64,000 nt of DNA from Octopus vulgaris (taxonomy: Eukaryota), in contig OX597819.1 of NCBI GenBank assembly GCA_951406725.2, forward strand, positions 115,444,001 to 115,508,000, read 5' to 3'. The notes under the pieces are model-generated. The model ran no database searches. It was not told the DNA's origin and was given only the letters and a program-made list of their open reading frames with translations. A program made the translations under genes and the position numbers. Positions 26,365 to 37,925 of this stretch are shown in pieces. Position 1 is the first letter of the stretch, and each line of letters opens with the position of its first letter.

Positions 26365-28474
26365 CGAGGCTTCCGCGCTTTTGGACTGGCGATCCCTGAT
26401 GACGTTGTCCTCAGTTGACGAACTATGGTCATCCCTCAAAGCATATGTAATCTGTTTGACTGACCAGGCAGTTCCCGTTGGGCTTCCCAAGAGGAAGAAA
26501 CACAAGCCCTGGGTGACGAAGAGGGTTAAACGAGAACGTCGACTCAGAGATATTGCTTGGGCTGAATTCAAAAATCTGGATCGACTGCAGCTTTTGAGGT
26601 GTACAAAACTCAACGAGACCGAGCCGTGAAAATTGAAAAGAAAGAACGCTTCAGTTACGAATACAAAATTGCAGCAAATGCCAGTAGCAATCCAAAAACC
26701 TTCTTTGCCCATGTCCAGCGGAATTCCCACTTGAACAACCAGATTGCAACGTTGGTAGACTCAACAGGCGTATCGATTGAGGACCCTTATCAACAGAGTC
26801 AATTATTTGCCGAGGCTTTTTCAACTATTTTCAAACAAGATGATGGTCGTGAACCCCCTCCATTTGATAGATCGGTACCTCCAATGCTTCGATTGGTCAT
26901 CACGCGGGACGAAGTCAAACGTGTTATTCAAGGCCTCGATGTCAACAAAGGTCACGGCCCTGACAGCATACACCCACGGGTTATCAAAGCGTTGGCTCCG
27001 GTCATCTGCGAGCCCTTAACACGACTATTCAATATGTCATTGGCGACGGGTGTTATACCTGCAGACTGGAGAACAGCGATAATCTGCCCAATTTTCAAGA
27101 AAGGGAGCCGCGAAGACCCGCTTAACTACCGACCGGTTTCCCTTACATCAATTATCAGCAAGATGTTCGAAACCATCCTTAAGAAAAGTATGATGCTCCA
27201 CCTCCTAAACACAGCCTCTATCTCTGATTCCCAACACGGCTTCGTGCCAAAGAGATCATGCTTGACCAACCTACTAGTAATGGAAGAATTGGTGACGCGC
27301 ATCCTCGATGATAGTGATGCTGTTGACATCGTTTTACTGGACTTTGCCAAAGCTTTTGACTCGGTAAACCACCGCCTATTGCTTGTCAAGCTTCAAGCAT
27401 ATAGTTTCCATCCAGATATTGTACGATGGTTTGGTGCCTTCCTCTCAGATCGCTCCTTCCAAGTCCAAGTTAATGGTTCGCGGTCCGACGTCTCCAGTGC
27501 GAGCAGTGGTGTGCCTCAAGGTTCAGTGCTTGGGCCCTTGTTGTTCTTAGTCTTCATAAATGACTTGCCCGACGACCTCACGCAACACACCCTTCTATTT
27601 GCCGACGATATCAAACTGGTCGCTCCTCGCGGTAATATAGAGGATCTTCGTCGATGCCTCCACCAAATTTGGAAGTGGTCTAACAATTGGGACCTGTGTC
27701 TGAACGTGTCAAAGTGCTGTCATCTGCCTGTCGGCTCTACTCCTGCAACTCAACTTGATTTCGAGCCGGGTCGTCTGCTGCTGGAGAGGACCGATCAGGT
27801 GAAGGACCTAGGTATCTTGGTGGATTCCTCCTTTTCGCCTTCGGCCCAGTGCGTCCATGCTGCCAACAAAGCACGTGGAATTCTGTTCTTGATTCGACGG
27901 TCATTCGGAATGCTCACAGCAGCCATATTCCTACCACTCTATGTCACGCTGGTGAGACCCATATTAGAGTATGGGATTCAAGCCTCTTCTCCTTATCTCC
28001 TCAAAGACATACAGCATCTCGAAAGAGTCCAGAAGCTGGCTACCCGCATGGTTCATGGTCTCAAAAATTTGTCCTACGAAGAAAGGCTGAGGACGCTCGA
28101 CCATTATTCTCTTGAAAAATGCCGCCGCCGTGGTGATCTCATTCTCACCCACAACATCATAAGCGGAAAGTGTAACCTCTCGAAAGAGCTGTTCTTCACT
28201 CCTGCTCCAGAGCGTCGGCTGCGGGGTCATTCCAAAAAGCTCTACCTGCGACGATTTCATCTCAATCGAAGGAGAGGAGCTTTCTCCGTCCGGGTTGCGG
28301 ATCCGTGGAACAAGCTGCCAGACGAGATGGTGAAGATGCCGACGACCGCTTCGTTCAAAGCCTCCCTTGACCTCAAGTGGCCTGAACTCTTTACATGAAC
28401 ACCACCCTGTACCTAACTCCATGTCCCCCTACATGGCCTTGCTATTTGCTTTTGAGCCAAATTAACTAACTAAC
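26365..28474 (+). mobile_element. 5'-truncated CR1-clade LINE with open RT/C-terminal ORF (26599-28398)
   Basis: RT motifs NYRPVSLTS, QHGF, DFAKAFDSV, GVPQGSVLGP, LFADD; CR1-type C-terminus YEERL..RRRGDL..RGH..FSVRV..WNKLP; short 3' UTR ending in (TAAC)3; one frameshift in the A-run at 26570-26574; antisense in WDR74 intron 1. Confidence 0.92.
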
Positions 28475-28725
28475 ATAACATGTCAAAAACATTCACTCAA
28501 AAAGTCTTCTAATAAAAACCACAGCTTTCTTTCATCCAAGCCTAGGACAACTTAGGACAAACTCTCTCAATACTCTTTTACTTGTTTCAGTCATCTGACT
28601 GCGGCCATGCTGGAGCACTGCCTTTAGTCGAGCAAATCGACCCCAGGACTTATTCTTTGTAAACCTAGTACTTATTCTATTGGTGTCTTTTGCCAAACCG
28701 CTGAGTTACGGGGACAAACACAAAT

Positions 28726-28758
<33 letters not shown>

Positions 28759-30358
28759 CGACGGGCTTCTTTCAGTTTCTGTCTACCAAATCCCCTCACA
28801 AGGCTTTGGTCGGCCTGAGGCTATAGTAGAAGACACTTGCCCAAGGTGCCACGCAGTGGGACTGAACCCTGAACCATGTGGGTGGTAAGCAAGCTACTAA
28901 CCACACAGCCACTCCTACTTGACCATTCTTGCATATAATCTTCAGCAACTTCCTCCATGATGAATGGATGGATATTTTCTTCACCATTTGTCTAGTCATA
29001 GAATATTGGGAGTATTTGATAGCACATCTCCAATTGTCTGAGACTGCTGTTGGTTCTATGATCCAAACTTCCGGTTTTAAAGTGATCTAAATTGAAGTCC
29101 TCCAACAAAATTAATGTCCCAAATACCAGTTAATTAACAACTAAGTTAGATTCACTTCAGATGCAGCATGGAATTTTGTCAGTGAACAGGTCACGGTTTC
29201 AAAGCAATGAAAATATTTTGACAAATTAAATTTAAATGTTGAAGTGAATCTAACAGTTTTTGTGTGTATTTAAATGGCTTATAAACACCTTCCATGCTGC
29301 AATCGTTTTTGTTTCAGCACACAATCTAAGACCAAGTCACTTGCTATGTAAGCACATCTCTGTAACAACTAAGTTGTTATTAATTAAATGAAACAAAGGC
29401 AGTTTATTTCAGTAGAAATATGGTAATGAAAAATCTAAAATAATTACTATCACAATACAAAAACCGAGTGACTGCAGTGTCATTGTGTTTTAACTGGATG
29501 AATGTTCCATCTTCTGAGTCCTCAGAGTGAGTAAAAAGCTACTTTGATCATTTCCCTTCGTTTGAAATGATGATTTTTGTCAACCAGCATCCCAGTTCCA
29601 CCTAGCTAACATATTCAAACACTAGATATCTACACCCCGAGTTCAAATACTGTCGATGCCTTATATCCCATTGCGGTTGAAATGTAATGTACCATTCAAA
29701 TACTCGAGATTTTCATCAGTAATTTTTTACTATTACACACCCATCTCATGAGACAGGTGTAATAGTAAATACTTACCAGAAAAGGGCACGGAAACAGGGA
29801 GGTAGTGATAGCTATTCCTAAAGTTGGCTGATCAAAATTTACACCCGTCTAAAAATTTGGTAAATTTCTAGTTTCACATCACACTCGATTTCAGTACTTA
29901 GATTTTTTTCTCCCTGTTTTTTTTTTTTTTTGGTGCAATCGTTGTAGTTAACCACGTAAGCTGTTAGAAATGCATTTTTTCCACGGAAAACGGAGGGATG
30001 GGGAGGAATCTCGGGAATTTATCCTTCCGATCCCATCTGCGTTTTTTTTTTTTCGTTGCAATTGTCTTAACTGACCTCATAAAATGTGGGAACTGCATTT
30101 TGTCCTTGAAAAACGGTGGGGTGGGGCGGAACCAAGGGCAGTCCTGTATATCTTCTGTGTCCGGATGTGCTGGAATCGATCTTTTACTGGCAATCCGAGA
30201 GGGGTGCCTCAATAGAAAAACCGATGCAGCAGAGATAAATACCTGGTCAGGTAGTGGTGTAGTTTGAACGAATACCCAGCCTTTTCACCCTTTCTTTTAA
30301 ATCTCGCCAAAAACGTTGGAGGTTTTGTGTGTGTATGTGTCGTGTCAACAAAATTTTC

Positions 30359-31116
30359 GGATCTTTTCGGTTTGAACGACAGTTTTTTTTCTCGCGGTGT
30401 CATATGAAATTGTCACCCATAATTATGACACTAGTATCGATCTATTGCATTTCAATCTGTTTTAGGGTTAGGGTTAGGGTATCTTTTTTTCTTCACAAAT
30501 GTAAATAAACCGCAGGAGTGGCTGTGTGGTAAGTAGCTTGTTTACCAACCGCATAGTTCCGGGTTCAGTCCCACTGCGTAGCACCTTGGGCAAGTGTCTT
30601 CTACTATAGCCTCGGGCCGACCAAAGCCTTGTGAGTGGATTTGGTAGACGGAAACTGAAAGAAGCCTGTCGTATATATGTATATGTGTGTGTTTGTGTGT
30701 CTGTGTTTGTCCCCCTAGCATTGCTTGACAACCGATGCTGGTGTGTTTACGCCCCCGTTACTTAGCGGTTCGGCAAAAAGAGTCCGATAGAATAAGTACT
30801 GGGCTTACAAAGAATAAGTCCTGGGTCGATTTGCTCGACTAAAGGCGGTGCTCCAGCATGGCCGCAGTCAAATGACTGAAGTAAAAGAGTAAACCCAATC
30901 TGTTTCTTAAACGAGGAACATATTCATACGGCACATAATGTTGTTTACCTCAATGGACGTCATCGATTGGTTGAAATCTCACAAACTATAGAATTTTCTC
31001 AATAAAGCCAAGAGAAAATGATGTTTTATAAACACATTCTACCAGTATACGAAGTTTAAAATGTTTTAGTTACCTAGAAATTATGTTAAAAACTGCCGTT
31101 CAAACCGAAAAGATCC
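30359..31116. mobile_element. Same MITE family (copy 2) with nested SINE
   Basis: Same TIRs; perfect TSD aaattttc (30351-30358 / 31117-31124); (TTAGGG)3 at 30462-30479; SINE inserted at 30511-30890. Confidence 0.88.
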
Positions 31117-32043
31117 AAATTTTCTTTTTGTTTTCCCAGTGCTAATCTTTGTAAGCTGCCCAAGAATCACAGTAGATAACCGAACCAGGTTTGATGTATT
31201 TTTGAATTAGTGGAAGCAATATCGCTTTATTACGCTTCTGACCAGAGGAACAGCAATGCGAAGTTTGCTAATCAGCACAATTCAAAATTTGTAAAATCTA
31301 GAAAGAAATCTCTAAAGAACTAGAATGGTATAAAACGTGGTGTAATCACGAACACGTGGTACGAAAAGTTTTAGAGATATCCAACGTGTTGTTTTGATAT
31401 TTACGAGTTTTAGAACTTCACTTAATTAAGAAGTGCAACGTTTATAGAATCAAAGAACACCAAAATTTCTTCTGGATAATTTAAGAACTCGAATTAATTT
31501 GCTAATTAAATATACCGCGCTTTTATAATTGACTTTTAATGTTCACAGAATGGCTGTCTTTAATTCGCGACTGTCGAAGTATGAAGGAACTTCCATAATG
31601 TTGACAATATTCTTGAAAAATTAATTAATATTACAAGATGCCATTCCCTCGCTTCATTTACCCCTCTAAAAAAAACGCAATAAGTGAATACGTTGATAAT
31701 TAACAATTAATTAAATCAATTCAAGAATTTTAATGAAAGTGGAAAATTAAAGAAACAAAAGAGTTTAGTTGAGACTTTTATATTAGTTTATGAATAAAAA
31801 GAAAACTACACGAGTCGTAATAATATACTCATTGCCAGAGTGTTAATTAATAACGACGGGTATTTTATTAATTAAAAAAACTATGAGTTGTAATAAGATA
31901 TTTATTGTCAGCGTGTTGACAAATAACACGTTCTTTCATACCAATTATCAAATTCCAAGCACGAATTAAATTACAAAGGTATTATTAAATAAATTCGGAG
32001 GGAAACACCAAACTGTAGTTATAGCATAAATAAAACTGCTTAC

Positions 32044-32098
32044 CCTTTAATAAGCCAATCTCTGCCCCAACAAATATGCTGTAGACGGGTTCAGCCAT
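32044..32098 (-). CDS. WDR74: WDR74/NSA1 coding exon 1 (start)
   Basis: ATG at 32098; MAEPVYSIFVGAEIGLLK-G resembles the WDR74 N-terminus (VWVGTETGILKG); GTAAG donor, phase 1. Ten exons sum to 1155 nt = 384 aa + stop with consistent phases. Confidence 0.9.
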
Positions 32099-33470
32099 TT
32101 TCGATCTTAATTTAATAATTAGTAGTTATCTCCCTTGAATACATAACTCAGTTATTTAACCCCAGGTCAATTGTGATCGAACCAATTCATCGCGAGATGC
32201 GCTAAAACTGTGATCACACCCGTTTCATTTAATTTGATTTAATCTAAATTAAATTTAAATTTTTAAGGTCAATCTAGACCTACATTATCTAATATAATAC
32301 CTGAACTGAAATGTGATTTCATGGAGGTTTGATAGGCTATTTAACTTCTTTATTATAGGTAACGCTGTTTTACTGGGCTATTGTCATTTGGTTAAGAAGT
32401 TTATTTCGCTACAACCTGATTTCAGGTTCGATTCCAGTGCGTGGCACCTTGGGCAAAGTTTCTTTTACTATAGTTTCTGGTTAGTCAAAGTCCAGGAAAC
32501 GTTGAAGGGCTGTCTTGTTATTTAGTTGTAAACAATCCCAGTTTAGCATAATCACCTGGCTCTCAGGCGCGGATTCCTCTCTAATGCAAACATTCTGGTC
32601 AGGTTCCCTATATGTAGTAGGATAACTTACTTCTTCCAGCCAGTCTCTAACGTCTTATAAAAGTTCTTGGGTGTTGCCTTTTCTACGCTGGCTAAATCAT
32701 TAAACAAACACAAAAGTTACCTGCTCAAAGTGTCACACAGTGGAACGAACTCGTAACTGTGTGGGTGGAAAGTGTTGCACAAATATACGTGAAGAACTTA
32801 ATCTACAGTTGGGCATTTTTGAAATTTTTCCCACCAAAAGGTGCTCAAAATGTTATATTGTCTTTATTTAATGTATCCAAGACTATTCGTAAAATCGATC
32901 GACTGAATGTTGGGTACATGCCTCTTCTTGTGTCTCCATAATTACCCCGACGTCGCGGAGTTTGTTAGCTTCTTCATCTACCTGTGCTCCACAGTTCTAT
33001 TCACATGCTAGAAATAACAGCCAAATCTCACAAAACTGCGATAACATAATGAAAGAAATGTGTAATCAATCCCCGCGGAATTTGAACTCAGAACTTGCCG
33101 CTAAGCATTAAGTCCGGCGCGGTAATGATTCTGCTGGCTCGCCGCCTTAAATCAGAGAAGCATATTAAAAATGAATAGTTTACTTTCGTTTTAACAGAGA
33201 TAACGTGTTATACGCAAAGGGACATAACTTTGGTTCACCCTCCCTCCTTCCGCCAATCACTTCTTTGTCACCATTCTTATATATTATTTATTTTTGCTGC
33301 TTTTATACATTGTATACATATATTTTGGAGGTGTCATTAATTTTTTCCTGAGCCTAGTTCATTTATCACAGACAGACAGACAAACACACACACACACACA
33401 CAATACATCAAAACTCTGGTTTCGTTTCGTTTCGTCATTTCAAGTTTTAGACGAAACCAAATCCGTCAGC
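32099..33470. promoter_or_regulatory. Candidate bidirectional promoter between WDR74 and MRPS22
   Basis: Divergent start codons at 32098(-) and 33471(+); CCAAT near 32182 and 33253; TCGCGAGA near 32190. TSSs are not determinable from sequence. Confidence 0.55.
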
Positions 33471-33591
33471 ATGGCTTCTCTCGTCAAGCCAGTGTTTCTA
33501 TTGAGATGTCAACAGTCAATATCTCGGTGTTCGAAGACGCTTATTCTGTCTCAAAAATTACCAGCCGTATGCTGTTCTACTTCCACTGATG
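33471..33591 (+). CDS. MRPS22: MRPS22 (mitochondrial ribosomal protein mS22) coding exon 1, transit-peptide-like
   Basis: MASLVKPVFLLRCQQSISRCSKTLILSQKLPAVCCSTSTD is basic/Ser-rich and acid-poor like a mitochondrial presequence; G|gtaagt donor phase 1 fits exon 2. Eight exons sum to 1068 nt = 355 aa + stop. Confidence 0.82.
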
Positions 33592-33957
33592 GTAAGTGAG
33601 AACATTCATATACTTATTCATTTTAAAGCATACGATCATTGTTTCTTTGTCATGATGAAGGACAAATTCACCTGCAGCGGTCACGTTGCTTAGCTTTTGG
33701 TGATGTTAAGTGTTAATTGTTTACTACAGACAATGGATCAATTTTTCATAGAGGAGATATATTTATTTATATACAGTTGACTGAACTGATCTTCGAAATA
33801 TTATACCTATTTAATTAACCACTTCCAAAGGATTGTTGTTGCTTAGTCCTATATTAGTCCTCATCGATCAACCTAACCATCATATTTTTCCTGTGTTCAG
33901 GGAACCCAGCACCTCATTATTGAACGTGTCCCCCTTTTTTTTTAAATTTAAAGTTAG

Positions 33958-34229
33958 GGTATTCCTTCGATATGACTCGACAAAATCAAAACATTTCACT
34001 TCGGGTATTCCGTGGGTCGTGGAGTATAGATATAACGAAATTATGCCAGCAATATCTCGTTTTAAACTTGAAGAAAAAAAGCCTTGCATATTTGTTCTTC
34101 CCTACTTCATGTATGTATGTAAAATCCGCAAATTTCCAAGCAGAAAACAGAATCGAACTGTCATTTGCTTCCACGGAAATACCCGAAGTGAAATGTTTTG
34201 ATTTTGTCGAGTTATATCGAAGGAATGCC
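33958..34229. mobile_element. MITE with about 55-bp TIRs, GG..CC ends, 8-bp TSD
   Basis: ggtattccttcgatatgactcgacaaaatc.. / ..gattttgtcgagttatatcgaaggaatgcc; TSD aaagttag on both sides. Confidence 0.85.
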
Positions 34230-34710
34230 AAAGTTAGAATGGTATGATTTGAAGGAGTTCTGGTTACTACATCTAACTTCTATATTTTTGATAGTTTGTC
34301 CCCAAACGGAGGTAAATTCTGTGCGCAGATAAAATAATGTTATACAACTAAACGTGGATACGTTCTTACTTTTTAATCTTTATCATATTGCTTTGGTAAT
34401 ACATAAGTTGGCGATGAAACGTTGCCAAGTTTTGCTTAGAAAAATTTCAAAAATGCTCAACTCTAGATTAAGTTCTTCACGTATCTTTGTGCAACACTTT
34501 CCAACCACACAGTTACGAGTTCGGTTCCACTGTGTGACACTTTGAGCAAGTACCTTTTATTTATTATGATTGGCATCTTTCAGTTTCCATTTACCAAATC
34601 TACTTAAAGGGTTATGGTTGGCTTAAGGTGATAGTAGAAGACTCTTATCCAAAGTGCCATGCAATAGGACAGAACCTGAAATTATGTGGTTGGGAAGCAA
34701 GTTCCATGTA

Positions 34711-35214
34711 CCGTAAATCCTCGAGTATAATACGCAGGTGATTTTTAGAGGGCTGTACCTCTGAAAAACCTAAACCTTGTGTATAATACGCACTCCTTCT
34801 CTAACTTGAGTTGTGCGTAATTAAGCCAGCAGCACCTAGTCGAACAAACACTTCCGCGCATGCGTGATACAATAATGGTGATGTTCTTAACTGTTATATG
34901 GGAATGTAAATATGTTTGCAAATTGTTTTTGTTACATGTTATTCTGTGTTCTGAATACTGTTATTACAATAAATGTTGCTTACTGAAAGTTATGGATGAT
35001 TCTTTTATGACTTCATTGCTTTCAGGCTTAGCTTAAGGTATTTTAGCGCCCGACATCACAAAATCGTCTGAATAAACATTGCCAGACAGCAAATAGAGAC
35101 TCGGACATTACTTAGAAAATATTTTTCATTTTTAACCTCGTATATAGTATGCACTAGGGATTTTGACCTTTAAATTTTGGGAAAAGAATGCGGATTATAC
35201 TCGAGGATTTACAG
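34711..35214. mobile_element. pogo/Tigger-type MITE, TA TSD
   Basis: TA-CCGTAAATCCTCGAGTATAA ... TTATACTCGAGGATTTACAG-TA. Confidence 0.8.
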
Positions 35215-35382
35215 TAAACTTAACAATGTCCATCACCAGTCACGATATCTGACGGAATATTTTGATACTTTATAACGTACAGTACTATCACAAAACAAAA
35301 TGCAACTGAAATTAGCAGTATATGTTATTTTAGTGGTTATTGTGATGTTTCTAGTTCTGATTAATATTTTATTTGTTTTCAG

Positions 35383-35573
35383 ATCCCATTAAACTCAATC
35401 AAAATGAATCTACCTTATTGTCAAAAGATCCACTACCTGTCTTTCTTAATGAAAAAACACAAGCAATATTACAGAAAATTACAGGCTTTGAGTTAGAGAA
35501 GATCTTCAGAACAACGAAAATGCCACTGAGAAATCCTAAATATAAACTAATGGTCCAAGAGGAACTTGAAAAG
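35383..35573 (+). CDS. MRPS22: MRPS22 coding exon 2
   Basis: DPLPVFLNEKTQAILQKITGFELEKIFR..PKYKLMVQEELEK matches mS22 [34 protein letters not shown]. Confidence 0.93.
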
Positions 35574-36959
35574 GTAAATTGTATGGCTTTATGATATGTA
35601 GGGTGAGAGGTCCAATACACTGTCCAGTATAACCAGACCCTTGAGTACTTTAGTGGAGTTTACTCTGTTGCAATTATCTAATACAATCTCTCAAGACACC
35701 GATTCCTACTGCACTTTCCTCTCCATAGTGTCTCTATTAGAAGGTACAAGGCAGCGAGCTAGCAGAAACGTTAGCATGCCGGGCGAAGTGCTTTGTGGTA
35801 TTTCGTCTGCCTCTACGTTCTGAGTTCAAATTCCGCCGAGGTCGACTTTGCCTTTCATCCTTTCGGGGTCAATTAAATAAGTACCAGTTACACACTGGGG
35901 TCGATATAATCGACTTAATCCGTTTGTCTGTCCTTGTTTGTCCTCTCTGTGTTTAGCCCATTGTGGGTAGTAAAGAAATAGGTACTGATAGAAATTACCT
36001 TCCTTTGCAGTCACTTCACCAAATATGTCAGGGGTCCAACACTGTGTTAAATACCTCTTGAGGTTATTCTCAGGGCTGATATCCAGCAAGCACAGGATTT
36101 CAGGAGGCCTATTCATGTTTACTGGACTACATAAAGGCATCAATATAGTGGTTAGGACCAACTGATAAGTTATAATTTCCACTTCTTTTGACCTACAAAT
36201 CAAGTCTATGAACTACATGAATAAAGTGAATGATAAAACAAAACAAGATAGCTAGTAAGCCTGTTGGACAATTGCCCTCCTTTGTGGAGCATTCATGGAT
36301 TTTGATTAATCTGGAACAAACCTATCACTTTTTACTGAGATGCAAACTAGACATCTCCCTTTTTTTTTTTTTTTCGAGACATATCTCATCACTTATTTCT
36401 CTCCCAATGGATACATATTATATTCCAGCTTGACATTTAATGGTGTTGACTGCATGTTGATTCTATTCTTTCCACCTCTCATTTCTCGTATCTAAATGTC
36501 AGCAACAAAGCTTTACAGTTACTTTGCTTAAATCTCCTTTCCTTAGTCCTAAAAATTCACCTGATGCCTTTACCACTCTGTGAATTCATACTACGATCAG
36601 CTGCTATTTGCCTACATCATGTCTTGTAGACATCTGTCTCGCATTATCCTTCTTTGAAGTCACCATCCTCAGTCATTTCAATATCCACAACTCCCCTATG
36701 CTGTTACACTGACCAATGCTGCTGGTGCAGAAGCTAAATCTTTTGCTAGTGTGAAGTCAGTTCATCAATTATTATGATCATCTATTTATTCCTGCCTAGC
36801 TTCTGCCAAATTATTACCATCCCTTCACCTATCTGATCATCTGACTCCTACCTTATCATGCACAACACTTTAACACATAATACCCTTTGATACTTCAAGT
36901 TTGTTAACTGATTAGAGTTCTACCAATTTTATGTGAGGGTATCCAGCTATAGTTTGTTT

Positions 36960-37250
36960 CTTCTCGAGCCATGCCTGGCTCATAGGTCCGGTTTCCTTGG
37001 TGTATAGGTTCCCCACCTGGACGGGACACCGGTCCATCGCAGGTGAGCTGCAAGATGCAGGAGGAAAGAGTGAGAGCAAGTTGTGGCGAAAGAGTCAGCA
37101 GAAGTTTGTCATTATGCCATTACTTTCTGCCGGAGACGCGTGGAGCTTAGGTGTTTCGCTCATAAACGCACACGTTGCCCAGTCTGAGATTCGAACCTGC
37201 GATCCCTCGACTGCGAGTCCACTGCTCTAACCACTAGGCCATGTGCTTCC
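36960..37250 (-). mobile_element. tRNA-derived SINE family D
   Basis: Minus-strand head tggcctagtggttagagc..ggttcgaatc; second copy at 41845-42115. Confidence 0.78.
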
Positions 37251-37689
37251 ACTATAGACACCATGCCAAATCAGATTGAAACCTGGTGCAGCCCTCCAGC
37301 TTACCAGTTTCAATCAAACCATCTAAACCATGCTAGCATTGAAAGCAGATACTAAATAATGATGATGATGATATCACTGGTTATGAAAGCATATAGTCTA
37401 GAGGCTAAGGTGGTGTACAAACAATTGCAAGAACATGTTTCAATTCCTTGACAGAGCAGTGTGTTGTACTATAGAGAGAAACACTTCATTTCACATCGCT
37501 CTGCGATCACTTCAACATCTGACATTTGGCATGTCATCAAAATCTTCAGTCTTTATCTCTCTACCAGGTTCTGTTCCATTGTTTGAAAACATGTAACACT
37601 GTTAATGGACAAACGTTCTGACCTGATGAACTATCAGCTTGCCATACTGGCTTCCAATATCTCAAAAGTTATTAGTTGGATAGCTCGAA

Positions 37690-37925
37690 CCGATCGTGGC
37701 CGATGCCGGACCCCCCTGGCACCTGTGCAGGTGGCACGTAAAAAGCACCCACTACACTCGTGGAGTGGTTGGCGTTAGGGAGGGCATCCAGCTGTAGAAA
37801 CTCTGCCAGATCAGACTGGAGCTTGGTGCAGCCCCTGGCTTCCCAGACCCCGGTCGAACCGTCCAACCCGTGCTAGCGCGGAAAACGGACGTTAAACGAT
37901 GATGATGATGATGATGATGATGATG
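37690..37925 (+). mobile_element. Short retroposon family C with Meta-like core and (GAT)n tail (representative copy)
   Basis: gagtggttggcgttagggagggcatccagctgtagaaa..ggacgttaaacgatgatgat. Other copies about 15651-16000, 18200-18358, 22138-22580, 25541-25810, 38715-39095, 45015-45250 (minus strand). Confidence 0.85.

Noticed and set aside
26185-28422. Antisense ORFs over the LINE (26185-26730, 27126-27389, 27964-28422)
   Set aside because: Shadow frames of the retrotransposon ORF.
28925-28990. Minus-strand IHPFIMEE resembling the iGluR IHPFYMEE
   Set aside because: In-frame stop just upstream and no further S1 similarity; coincidence.
30462-30479. Telomere or chromosome-fusion scar
   Set aside because: Only three units, located inside a MITE that has the same motif in its other copy.
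32099-33470. U2 snRNA, which lies next to WDR74 in human
   Set aside because: I saw no ATCGCTTCTCGGCCTTTTGG or GTGTAGTA-type U2 sequence on either strand.
33645-33790. Possible C/D snoRNA (ATGATGA..CTGA) in MRPS22 intron 1
   Set aside because: No terminal stem or recognisable rRNA guide; these motifs are frequent by chance here.
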